Translations under genes and position numbers: made by a program | The notes under the pieces: model-generated | Database searches by the model: none | Seen by the model: only the letters and a program-made list of their open reading frames with translations | Told to the model about the DNA's origin: nothing | Shown: positions 37,295-46,632 of the stretch, piece after piece | Layout of the letters: each line of letters opens with the position of its first letter | Position numbering within the stretch: the stretch's first letter is position 1 | Assembly (NCBI GenBank): GCA_038243585.1 | Contig: JBBSQY010000024.1 | Coordinates: 1 to 47,009 of the forward strand | Reading direction: 5' to 3' | DNA from: Candidatus Sumerlaeales bacterium | GTDB taxonomy: Bacteria; Sumerlaeota; Sumerlaeia; Sumerlaeales; Sumerlaeaceae | Length of the DNA stretch: 47,009 nucleotides

Positions 37295-40200
37295 ATGCGA
37301 TCGCTCATTCGGGCATTTACTTTTATTGCAGTTGCGGCGTTTAGTATCCAATTTGGAACGAACTCCTTCGCGGTTCAGCCGGCCGTGAGCTTTGAGGAGG
37401 TTGTTCAGACGGCGGACCTCATATTTTCAGGACGGGTAACACACCTGGAAAATGTAATTGTTGGTGCCGCTGCCTTTACAGAGGTAACTTTTGCCGAGGT
37501 GGAAACCATCGAGGCCACTTCCAAATCTCGCCAGAAACATCAATCCGCCGTCAAACTCCGGTACGCTGGAGGACAAATCGGTGATGAAGTGCTCAGCGTT
37601 TCAGACGCTCCGCGGTTTCTTGCCGGACACAAGTATTTGATCTGCATGTTAGATGACAAGAATACCTATCTTAACCCAATTGTGGCCGGCCCACAGGGCT
37701 ATTTTGAAATCATTGAAGATGTTGCAGGCGACGCGGAATACGTCGTGAACGCGGCCGGGAAAAGCGTGCTCGGGATTACCGACAAAGGTGAGCTTACTCT
37801 AAGTGTCGGCAAGCTGGAATACGTGGGCAACGGAGTCGCGGGATATGCGCCGCCTCCTGCCGAAGCGGGTATTGAGACTCGACCTGCAGTGTCCGAGGAT
37901 GGCCGAGCGGCAGAGGTGTCGAATCTGAAGACAAAAGACTTAGTGCACCCACCTATTCTCCTCGAAGATTTCAAGCGAGCCATTCCCGCTAACGTATCCC
38001 GCAAGCGATCCGGCGAGCCACGACTTAAGCGGGGCGACGAACGCGGCGGGAAATTCTATACCATGGAAAATGGAAAGCTGGTGGGCCGTGATCTGGCAAC
38101 AACGATGACCAGAGAAACGGATTTCCAGTCGACCAACGACTTGGGGTTTGACGAATCAGAACAGCCGTCCCCGCCGTCGTCAGTTGGACCGCGAGGTCAG
38201 ACATTAGCGCCGTGTGGTTCCCATGACCTTTTTTTAATCATGGAAGATGTGCCGAATACTACGCCATGGGCCATGGAGTACAATGTCGACCAAAGCTGCA
38301 TGTCCTTGTACAACCAGTATATGGACATCTTCCGAGTCGGCATTAGTAATGGCGTTGGAAACAATTCCGAAAATGAGTTTGGTGGCTATCCGGATAGCGC
38401 CACTCTAGCCAGTCGCTACGGCATAGCCTTTAGTTGGGGCACATCGCTGGGAGTTTGTTTTACGTCTCGGATTTCCACTGCCGCCTGCGCCAAGATCATC
38501 CAATCCGACATTTACTGGAATCCCGCTTACAACTACTCAGAGGATCCAAACATCTGGTGGAACAGTAACAACATTTTCTGTATGCGCCAAATTACTGTTC
38601 ACGAACTGGGTCACGCGTGGGGCTACCAGGTCGGTGTCGCGGAACAGTACGACTACGATCAGCCGAGTGTGATGCATTCTGTATACAGTGACATTTATGA
38701 AACAGGTAAAGGCTTGCACGCGGAGGACGCCAGGCTGTTCCGCAACCTTTACAGTATCAAGACCGGCATAAAGAACATTCGAGACATAGGTGCGGAAGGT
38801 TACTATGCTCTAAATGGACTAAATAAGTCAGGCATCAACAAGCTGACCTTTGCCCGTGGAGAAGCCATGGACTTTACCAATGTCACCGTGGAAAACATGA
38901 GCAATTCCGACGTGAACGATGTAAAAATGCGATTCTACCTATCCACGAAGAGAGATTTTTCAGGTTCTGCATACCAGGTAGGGAACACATGGAGTTGGAG
39001 CACGTTTAATAAGGAATCAAGAAGCGTAGGGAACTATGCGGGGAACACCATTCCCCAGAACGTACCCCCTGGAACTTATTATGTCCTCGTTGACGCTAGT
39101 ATCAACTTCAACGGCGACGACTACAATGAAAACAACACCGGCGTATTTTCTGACCGCGTTACTATTTTCGCTCCCAGTATTGGCGTGTCTCCCCCACTTA
39201 CCAAAAACATTAATCAAGGGCAAAACGCTTCAGCCGACCTTATTTACATAGAGAATACTGTTTCAAAAAGCGGAGTCATGAACTACTCTCTTGCAGTGAG
39301 TTATGGCGGATCATCAAGTGGTTGGTTAAATATATCCCCCATGAGCGGCAGCTGCACTACAGAATATGATCCAATCAACTTAAACTTTTCGACAGCAGGC
39401 CTGTCGCCCGGAACGCATACGGCGACGATCTCCGTTTCCTCGCCGGAGGCAACTAATAGTCCCCAGACCTGTTTAATAACTGTAAATGTCGCAGCGGTTC
39501 CGACGCTGTCGCGTACCCCATCAACCATCACTCGCAATATTACAGGTGGAACGAATGCTTCGACGGATACTTTTGAGGTTTGGAATTCGGGCAATTCCAG
39601 CGCTCTATCGTACACTATTTCAGACGACGTAAGCTGGTTGAGTGTCAGCCCTTCAAGCGGAACTTCAACTGGCGCACATCAATTTCATACAATTTCCTAC
39701 AACACCAGCGGGCTTAGCCAGGGAAACTACTTTGCCACGATAACAATATCTTCTCCGGGAGCATCTAATCCATCATCAAGTATTCTTGTTTTTATGAATG
39801 TGGCGGCGCCTGTAACCAATCCGACAATTTCACGAACTCCTGCAACCTTATATCCCTATGCAGAGCAAGGGCAGAATGCGTCTTCAGAATCATTCGAAGT
39901 ATGGAATTCAGGCAATACAACCGCCCTTTCCTATAATATTTCGGACAATGTTTCTTGGCTAAGTGTTAGCCCTGGGAGCGGCATTTCGTCCGGAATTCAC
40001 CAGGTTCACCAGATCACCTACAGCACCAGCGGCCTCGCACCCGGCGGCCACACCGGCACTATAACAATTTCGGCGCCAGGGGCTACTAACCCAACTACAG
40101 TGATAGATGTAGCGTTATATGTGAACGCAAATATGACTCCTACATTGTCTGTTACCCCAACAGGAATTTTCAAATTTTTTGAGCAGGGTCAAAACGCACC

Positions 40201-40879
40201 AAATAGCACATTTAAAGTTTGGAACTCGGCCAATTCCACTCCTATGCCGTACAGCATTACTGATAATCAGCAATGGATGAGCGTTAGCCCGGCAAGTGGG
40301 ACCGCCTCATCTTCGCAACAGATACTCACTGTCACCTATGATACAGCAGGCCTTTCAGCAGGCAATTACAGCGGAACGATTACTGTAAACGCGCCTAATG
40401 CGACCAACACGTCTTCCAATATTTCTGTCAGTTTAACTGTTAACCCTTTGCCAGCCCCGCCGAATGACAATTTGGCCAACGCTATTAACCTTACAGGCGA
40501 AAATGGCACAATAACCGGGTCAAATGTTAACGCAACCCGAGAGACAAATGAACCCATTATCTTTTCAACGGCGCCAGGAGGTGCGTCCGTATGGTGGTCG
40601 TGGACAGCACCAATCACGGGTTCTGCTATTTTCGATACGTTTGGCAGCTCTTTTGATACTCTTCTTGGCGTTTATATTGGCAACAACTACCCTCTATTTT
40701 TCGTGGGCGACAACGACAACTTCGGAGGTACGACCAGTTATGTCAACTTTCAGGCAAGCATTGGGACTACTTATAAAATTGCAGTAGACGGATTTGGTGG
40801 TAGTACGGGAAACATTATCTTGAATCATGCAGTGACGCCAAACACCAGCCTCGTACCCGACTGGGCTATGTATGAGTAG
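37295..40879 (+). CDS. Large exported modular zinc-metalloprotease-like protein (prodomain, HExxH, CARDB-like domain, BACON-like repeats) with terminal VxDWxxY motif
   Basis: Signal peptide; HELGHAWG...SVMH; FYLST...PPGTYY...NENN; four W[LM]xxSP.SG repeats; PPNDN.ANA domain; ends TSLVPDWAMYE. Confidence 0.85.
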   Translation: MRSLIRAFTFIAVAAFSIQFGTNSFAVQPAVSFEEVVQTADLIFSGRVTHLENVIVGAAAFTEVTFAEVETIEATSKSRQKHQSAVKLRYAGGQIGDEVLSVSDAPRFLAGHKYLICMLDDKNTYLNPIVAGPQGYFEIIEDVAGDAEYVVNAAGKSVLGITDKGELTLSVGKLEYVGNGVAGYAPPPAEAGIETRPAVSEDGRAAEVSNLKTKDLVHPPILLEDFKRAIPANVSRKRSGEPRLKRGDERGGKFYTMENGKLVGRDLATTMTRETDFQSTNDLGFDESEQPSPPSSVGPRGQTLAPCGSHDLFLIMEDVPNTTPWAMEYNVDQSCMSLYNQYMDIFRVGISNGVGNNSENEFGGYPDSATLASRYGIAFSWGTSLGVCFTSRISTAACAKIIQSDIYWNPAYNYSEDPNIWWNSNNIFCMRQITVHELGHAWGYQVGVAEQYDYDQPSVMHSVYSDIYETGKGLHAEDARLFRNLYSIKTGIKNIRDIGAEGYYALNGLNKSGINKLTFARGEAMDFTNVTVENMSNSDVNDVKMRFYLSTKRDFSGSAYQVGNTWSWSTFNKESRSVGNYAGNTIPQNVPPGTYYVLVDASINFNGDDYNENNTGVFSDRVTIFAPSIGVSPPLTKNINQGQNASADLIYIENTVSKSGVMNYSLAVSYGGSSSGWLNISPMSGSCTTEYDPINLNFSTAGLSPGTHTATISVSSPEATNSPQTCLITVNVAAVPTLSRTPSTITRNITGGTNASTDTFEVWNSGNSSALSYTISDDVSWLSVSPSSGTSTGAHQFHTISYNTSGLSQGNYFATITISSPGASNPSSSILVFMNVAAPVTNPTISRTPATLYPYAEQGQNASSESFEVWNSGNTTALSYNISDNVSWLSVSPGSGISSGIHQVHQITYSTSGLAPGGHTGTITISAPGATNPTTVIDVALYVNANMTPTLSVTPTGIFKFFEQGQNAPNSTFKVWNSANSTPMPYSITDNQQWMSVSPASGTASSSQQILTVTYDTAGLSAGNYSGTITVNAPNATNTSSNISVSLTVNPLPAPPNDNLANAINLTGENGTITGSNVNATRETNEPIIFSTAPGGASVWWSWTAPITGSAIFDTFGSSFDTLLGVYIGNNYPLFFVGDNDNFGGTTSYVNFQASIGTTYKIAVDGFGGSTGNIILNHAVTPNTSLVPDWAMYE
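39170..40450 (+). repeat. Four tandem ~106-aa BACON-like Ig repeats within the CDS
   Basis: F[EK]VWNS...Y.I[ST]D...W.SVSP.SG.....Y.T.GL..G.....IT...P.A.N recurs about every 320 nt; the first copy is more diverged. Confidence 0.8.
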
Positions 40880-40902
40880 CTAGCACATCAAAACAAACAC
40901 TG

Positions 40903-40933
40903 GCCGGGTCGATTTACAGACCCGGCTTTTTTT
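40903..40933 (+). terminator. Intrinsic terminator
   Basis: GCCGGGTC/GACCCGGC stem followed by T7. Confidence 0.85.
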
Positions 40934-41016
40934 ATTGCTCTACACTTCACTAAGTAGCCGAACTCTCTATTCCTAATGGTTCAGCCGGTTTTATCTATGT
41001 CAGGAGAATCGTCCCA

Positions 41017-42771
41017 ATGAAAAGGGTATTCCGGTCCCCTTATTTTGCTAAGGTCATTGCACTTGTATTGTGGCTTACGATACTGGTTGTCCCTTCATAT
41101 GCCCAAACTGTGGCAAACGCCCCCTGGTTTTCCCGCCGGGTGGGAGTTGGGGTTGAGTGGAAACATTATCAGTTTGAAAACCTCTACGGCAATCGGCAAA
41201 GCATAAGCCTTGTCATCGCCGATCTTAACGCCCCCGGCGTCCAGGTGAAAATTCCGTATCTCCCGGCAACTCGACAGCGCATCAGCGCCATGATTCCGGC
41301 GCAATTTCCTAATGCGGTGGCCGGCGTGAACGGTTCATTTTTCGACACATCCGCTGGCGGCGGCGGATCCACTACATTTCTTCGTATCAACAACCAGATT
41401 ATAACTAATAACGACAATTCCGGGGAAGCTCTCCTGGGTGCCTTGACAATAGAAGCTGATGAGGACGTCCGTGTTCAAGCGAGGCCTTCCGGCGGCTGGG
41501 TCGGCGTCACCAACCGACGAGACATCCTTGTGCAGGGCCCGCTGCTTCTCCGGAACGACCTGCGTCAGCCCGCTGACTCCAGTTTCTGCACCGCCCGCCA
41601 CCCCCGAACCTTTGTTGGAATCACCATCGACAACAAGCTGATTCTCGCTACGGTCGACGGCCGCACGCCCCAGTCTGCCGGCATGACCTGCACGGAAATG
41701 CAGACGCTGATGATAGACCTGGGCTGCGACGACGCCACGAACATGGACGGGGGCGGCTCATCCACCATGTGGGTCGCGGGAGAAGCGTACAGTGGCGTCG
41801 TAAATTATCCCAGCGACAACGGCAGGTATGATCACATTGGCGAACGTTCGGTCAGCAATGGCATTGCCATTATCGCCAATCCGCCGCCGCCCGTCTCCAT
41901 CGATGCCCGGATTTTTAATACTGTCCAATCCCGGGTAATGACAGAACTAACCACCCAGGCTGTTACGGTGCGTTACACCAATATCGGCCAGACTACATGG
42001 ACCCCACAAACGGTTTCCCTGAACGTCACCCGCCCAACAACGCGGCAAAGCGTATTTCAAGACCCCACATGGGTTAGTACCATGAGACCAGCGGTTCTGA
42101 AGGAGTCCTCTGTGCCGCCCGGCGGCACTGGGACGTTTAACTTTGTCGTTCGCGCTCCAGACGTGCAAAACACTACTTCTTTTGGAGAAACCTTCGGTCT
42201 TGTTCATAGCACCCTGGGCAGCTTTGGTCCTGCGGACAACGAGCCGCGCCTGGAATTTGTGGTTTCACCGCCAGACATGCCAGCCACCGGACAGGTAATT
42301 ATCGAATCCCGCGAAGGCGGAAAAAATTACTCCTGGTATAAAGAAACCGTGGGCGCATGGGCCGACGTCAACACTAATGCCTCCGCGCCCGGTCTCACCC
42401 CCGGCATCGGCCAGCGCTACGCGTCCTCCTATCGCTCTGTGGCTGGGGCCAAGCACGCCACCTTCACTCCAAACCTGGCGAACGCAGGTCTTTATGACGT
42501 GGATATCGTATACGGGGACGCAGGCAACTTCGCCCGTGCCCCGATTACGTATGAAGTCCATCATGCCGGCGGCACTGCACGAGTTCTATTAGATCAAACC
42601 CAAAACAAAAATGGCTGGATAGCGCTTGGCCGCTATAGCCTTAAAGCAGGCGAGACCGGGTTTGTCGAGATCAACAATGATAGTATTGACGTAAGCGGAA
42701 ATTTCTACAGCACCGCAGCTCGCTTCACCCCCGTTCCTGCGGCGGCGGTCAATGAATGGAGCTTATACTAA
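41017..42771 (+). CDS. Exported phosphodiester glycosidase (NAGPA/DUF2233) with Ig-like and golvesin-like domains and terminal VxEWxxY motif
   Basis: GVNGSFF, GP.LL, RHPRT.VG, TVDGR...SAGM, A.NMDGGGSSTM, ERSVSN; ends AAAVNEWSLY; SD AGGAG. Confidence 0.88.
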   Translation: MKRVFRSPYFAKVIALVLWLTILVVPSYAQTVANAPWFSRRVGVGVEWKHYQFENLYGNRQSISLVIADLNAPGVQVKIPYLPATRQRISAMIPAQFPNAVAGVNGSFFDTSAGGGGSTTFLRINNQIITNNDNSGEALLGALTIEADEDVRVQARPSGGWVGVTNRRDILVQGPLLLRNDLRQPADSSFCTARHPRTFVGITIDNKLILATVDGRTPQSAGMTCTEMQTLMIDLGCDDATNMDGGGSSTMWVAGEAYSGVVNYPSDNGRYDHIGERSVSNGIAIIANPPPPVSIDARIFNTVQSRVMTELTTQAVTVRYTNIGQTTWTPQTVSLNVTRPTTRQSVFQDPTWVSTMRPAVLKESSVPPGGTGTFNFVVRAPDVQNTTSFGETFGLVHSTLGSFGPADNEPRLEFVVSPPDMPATGQVIIESREGGKNYSWYKETVGAWADVNTNASAPGLTPGIGQRYASSYRSVAGAKHATFTPNLANAGLYDVDIVYGDAGNFARAPITYEVHHAGGTARVLLDQTQNKNGWIALGRYSLKAGETGFVEINNDSIDVSGNFYSTAARFTPVPAAAVNEWSLY

Positions 42772-42856
42772 ACCAAACCGTTAATATCGAGTGTCGCTAA
42801 CCACGGGAGCATAACCTTCCGCTCCAGGAAGAAAAAAATAGTGGACGCGACACGAG

Positions 42857-44620
42857 ATGCGGGACGTGGTAAACCAGATGCTGAAAAATAAATATTCCGT
42901 ATGTTCCAGCCTTCCGTCCGGCGCGTTCTGGTGGTTATTCGCCGCCGTCTGGTTTGCCGTCTGGCACGTCTTTATAACGTGGCCCGTCTGGGCTGATCCT
43001 CTTGGTCGGGTCCCTGGTCCATATGGTGATAACTTTATGATGATGTGGAACCTGGGCTGGGTCAGGCATGCGTTTGCCCATGGATCGCCCGGCTTCTGGT
43101 CTCCAGCGGCTTATTTCCCTGACGGCTATTTGTTTATCTATGGCTCCCATACGTGGCTGGACGGATTTCTTTACTGGATCGCCTCCGCGCTGTTTCCGTC
43201 AGACTATCGGGGCGCGGTGTTATGGGCTAATATAACGATGCTCATGGCCACGGTTGGTACCGGAATGTTGACAATGTCGGCGTTAAGGGCATGGGGTGTA
43301 CGCCATTGGCCCGTCCTATTGCTGGTATCATCCGGCGCTGCATTTTCCTGGTTTCGGATGTTTGCGCTCACGGGACACTACAACTTTTTCGGCACCCAAT
43401 GGATGCTTCTCGCGTTGTGTTTTCTGTGCTGGGCGCGAGCAGCTTTTGTCCAGGGAGAAGAACTCCGATGGAAGCGCCTCTGCGCGGGCGCCGGCCTGGC
43501 ATTGGGCGTGTCTTTTCTTAACGATCAAACAATGGCCATCTTCGCCGGTATATTGGGCGGCCTGATTCTCCTCAGCGTGCCCGGGTCAGACAAGTCAGTG
43601 CGCCGGAGACAGATTGCGGGATTCGGACTGCGCTATTTCGGCTGGGCGATTATCCCGGCGTCTCTTCACCTGATTCCTGTCATGATCGCGGCCGCACAGT
43701 GGCGGCTCCACTACCACGTAGACAAATCCCTTCCCAGGCTGGTCGACGCCAGCAGCTTTCTTTTGCCGAACGATTACCACTTCCTCGGTCCTCATCTGAA
43801 AGCATTGCGGGCAGAAAGCGGCCTTGGCTGGTCAGAGGGAACATACCTGGGCGTCGTGCCGATTTTGCTACTTCTCCTATCCACCGTCGCCGCCATTCGT
43901 TACGTCACGCAAAAGCCCTCAGCTCTGAAAATTTGTTTCTACGCGACCCTGGCCGCATGGGGATTTATTATCATCGGCCTCGGCGATCGTTTGATGATCG
44001 GCGGTGAGCAGTTCTTCGTATTGCCAGAGCGCCTGCTTAAGGAAATACCGCTTTTTAATAACATGCGCGTGCCCCAGCGCTGGGTGTGGCCGGCCCATCT
44101 GTGCATCGCGCTGGCTGGCGGCTCTTTGCTGAGCGCCTGGGCCGGGCAGGCCAGTCGCCGCTGGGTCTCATGGGTGCCGCTTTTGGCGCTGGCAGCCGTC
44201 CCTCCACTGGAAGGCCGATCCTATCCGGTTCCAGCGCCCGTAGATTTCCGCAACGATCCAGTCATTCGTCCCCCTGGTCTGATCGAAGCTGTAGAAGATC
44301 GCTACCACTCCGGAGGCGTGCTCACAATGCCCGTGGAACTGACCTACGCCCACGCCAACATCCTTCAGTTTTTCTGGGGCTACGAGATTCCTATGACAGT
44401 GGTATACACTGCCAGAATGCCGCTGGACGTACACAAGCTGCCGTGGAAGTGGAGCACTTGGGCCCCCGGCTCAGGAGAATGGCTGAGAGAAAAACAAGTG
44501 TCTATCGTCGTTTTTCCCTACCACGGAGGCGACCTCGAAGAATTCCAGACATGGATCGCCGAAGCGAAAAAAGCGGTGCCGGGGCTGGTCGTGCTAAACA
44601 AGAACGGGCAACCACAATAA
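42857..44620 (+). CDS. Polytopic membrane protein, GT-C-like (YfhO-type) glycosyltransferase candidate
   Basis: Many hydrophobic segments; GD....WNLGW in the first loop, E.TYLG, P.F...RVP.R motif. Confidence 0.6.
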   Translation: MRDVVNQMLKNKYSVCSSLPSGAFWWLFAAVWFAVWHVFITWPVWADPLGRVPGPYGDNFMMMWNLGWVRHAFAHGSPGFWSPAAYFPDGYLFIYGSHTWLDGFLYWIASALFPSDYRGAVLWANITMLMATVGTGMLTMSALRAWGVRHWPVLLLVSSGAAFSWFRMFALTGHYNFFGTQWMLLALCFLCWARAAFVQGEELRWKRLCAGAGLALGVSFLNDQTMAIFAGILGGLILLSVPGSDKSVRRRQIAGFGLRYFGWAIIPASLHLIPVMIAAAQWRLHYHVDKSLPRLVDASSFLLPNDYHFLGPHLKALRAESGLGWSEGTYLGVVPILLLLLSTVAAIRYVTQKPSALKICFYATLAAWGFIIIGLGDRLMIGGEQFFVLPERLLKEIPLFNNMRVPQRWVWPAHLCIALAGGSLLSAWAGQASRRWVSWVPLLALAAVPPLEGRSYPVPAPVDFRNDPVIRPPGLIEAVEDRYHSGGVLTMPVELTYAHANILQFFWGYEIPMTVVYTARMPLDVHKLPWKWSTWAPGSGEWLREKQVSIVVFPYHGGDLEEFQTWIAEAKKAVPGLVVLNKNGQPQ

Positions 44621-44690
44621 TTATTGCCCGGCGGGGAAGCCAGAAAACCACTTAAATTAATCTGGCACTTGTTCCGGGTGTCGTTCTATG

Positions 44691-45695
44691 CTACCGTTCT
44701 TCCCGTGCGGAGATCTCTCTCGCGCCCCCGCTGCGGCCGCTTAGCGCCCAGCGCATGATCCACGGGATGTTGCCCAGCCAGCCGTGGCGCACCTGCGTCC
44801 AGCGGTAGCCTTTGGCGGCAGGTTCGTGACGCATCCAGCGATATTCGAAAGGCATGGCCCAGCCTGCCAATTGGCGTATAGTCAGATTTTTCAGTAGATA
44901 CCGAATCCGCATTCTCGGAAAGAGTCGGTGAATGCTTTTACTGTTTTTGCCGACAGAAACTGATTCGTGATGAACCAGGACAGCGTCAGGCACATAAACA
45001 ACCCGGTAGCCGGCACGGCGCACCCGCAGGCAGAGATCCACCTCTTCATAGTAGGCCGGAAAAAAATCCTCGTCCAATCCGCCGGTTTCTTCCAGCAGAG
45101 ACCGCCGCATGGCCAGCGCCGCCCCGGTAACGTAGTCAACGTCCCGAACCACGTCGTGCTGCCCGCGGTCTTCCTCACCTGCTCCGTAATGATTCGTCAT
45201 TCCATTGGGGTGAACGATCCCGCCAGCATGCTGGATGATCCGCCCGCCCGGAAAATACATTTTGGCGCCGGTAACGCCTATGGCCGGGTCGTCGAGTAGA
45301 GGCTTAATAAGCCGGGCCACGCAATCTGGTTCCATCTCGGTGTCCGGATTAAGGAACAAAACAATCTCGCCACCTGCACGGCGCCAACCGACGTTGTTGC
45401 CGCCAGCGCACCCGAGGTTTTTCTCAAGCGCGATTACCTCGCCGGGCAGGCGCAGGCGGGCCATGGCCTCCCGAGCCACCTGGGCGCTGTCGTCACTGGA
45501 AGCGTTGTCCACAAACAAAACTTCCATTGAGGGCGTAAAACTAGTCGGCAGGATTTGACGGGCCACTGCGTCCAGACAGGCGTCCACAAAGTCGCGGTTG
45601 CCATAAGCCAAAATGACAATACTAATAAGCGGACAGTTCGGGGTATCGCTTTTGCTCTGACTATTTTCATGGAAATTGGCTGGCACGGTTGTCAT
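44691..45695 (-). CDS. Glycosyltransferase family 2 (WbbL/RfbF-like)
   Basis: SIVIL.Y, VDNAS.D, NLG.AGGNN.G, LFLNPD, TGAALA, GGLDEDF...YEEVDLC.R, V.H.ES. ORF open to 45737. Confidence 0.9.
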   Translation of the reverse strand: MTTVPANFHENSQSKSDTPNCPLISIVILAYGNRDFVDACLDAVARQILPTSFTPSMEVLFVDNASSDDSAQVAREAMARLRLPGEVIALEKNLGCAGGNNVGWRRAGGEIVLFLNPDTEMEPDCVARLIKPLLDDPAIGVTGAKMYFPGGRIIQHAGGIVHPNGMTNHYGAGEEDRGQHDVVRDVDYVTGAALAMRRSLLEETGGLDEDFFPAYYEEVDLCLRVRRAGYRVVYVPDAVLVHHESVSVGKNSKSIHRLFPRMRIRYLLKNLTIRQLAGWAMPFEYRWMRHEPAAKGYRWTQVRHGWLGNIPWIMRWALSGRSGGAREISAREER

Positions 45696-45753
45696 TACTT
45701 CTTTTCTGGTATTCTGTTTCAGTTGGTGTTTCGTCATTTATTGGAGGCGGCAA

Positions 45754-46629
45754 ATGGGTAAAGCATTAAAGTCTGTTGGTTTGTGGATAATTTTAGTAGG
45801 AACGCTGTGCGGCAACGCGGTGGCGCAGTCATCCCCAATGGCGGCGACGCCAGACGGAGCTTTGCCGTCCGTCCGTGGGTCCCTCGAAATTAAGTCGGAC
45901 GGTAAAGTGGAGCTAACATCGGGCACCTATGCGGTTTTTCACACTTCTGAGGGTGATTTTATTGCAGCGCTTAATGAGCGGATTGCACCTGTCACGGCAC
46001 AGAACTTCCTGGAATTTGCTACGGGCAAAAAAAAATGGCGTCATCCAGTAACCCGACTTGAAACCACCCGGCCGCTCTACAGTAACACGGCTATATACAG
46101 GATCGTACCGAACGCCATGATTTATGGCGGCGACCCCTTAAACAAAGGCGAGGCTGATTCCGGAACCCAGCTTCCGCTGGAGGTTGCTCCCGAGTTGGCG
46201 TTTGATCAAAGCGGACTGTTGGCCATGGATGGCAGCGGAGAAAAAATGAGCGGCAGTCGCTGGTTTATCACGCTGCGCCCCTTTCCTGAGCGCACTGGCA
46301 GATACACGATTTTCGGTAAAGTAATAGGCGGGCTGGATCTCGTACAGCGCATCTCTCTCAAGCCAGTCAAACGCCCTCAGTTGCCCCTTGACCCAGTTAT
46401 GGTTTATTTTATCGAAGCAGTGCGGGTGCCCGCAGGACGTATCGCCCATGGAGTATTTAGAATGGAAAGTGGCCTGAAAGTGCTTCGCATCGACCCGAAC
46501 TTTGCGGATGCTCCGCTGGGCGCCGGGGACTTGGAACCTGGTGCGTTCGCGGGAGACGATTCAACGACGGCGGGCGACGAGGCGACGACCGGCCCCGCGA
46601 TTGTCGATGAGGACTCGGACGTCAATTAA
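45754..46629 (+). CDS. Exported cyclophilin-like protein with degenerate active site
   Basis: SD GGAGG; signal peptide; TSEG.F...L....AP.TA.NF, GGDP, FITL, YTIFGKV..G.D.V. Confidence 0.8.
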   Translation: MGKALKSVGLWIILVGTLCGNAVAQSSPMAATPDGALPSVRGSLEIKSDGKVELTSGTYAVFHTSEGDFIAALNERIAPVTAQNFLEFATGKKKWRHPVTRLETTRPLYSNTAIYRIVPNAMIYGGDPLNKGEADSGTQLPLEVAPELAFDQSGLLAMDGSGEKMSGSRWFITLRPFPERTGRYTIFGKVIGGLDLVQRISLKPVKRPQLPLDPVMVYFIEAVRVPAGRIAHGVFRMESGLKVLRIDPNFADAPLGAGDLEPGAFAGDDSTTAGDEATTGPAIVDEDSDVN

Positions 46630-46632
46630 AGG

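Noticed and set aside
39170..40450. ~320-nt repeats as a CRISPR array or DGR template/variable pair
   Set aside because: They are in-frame protein-domain repeats with synonymous divergence; there is no cas or reverse transcriptase gene and no adenine-specific pattern was evident.
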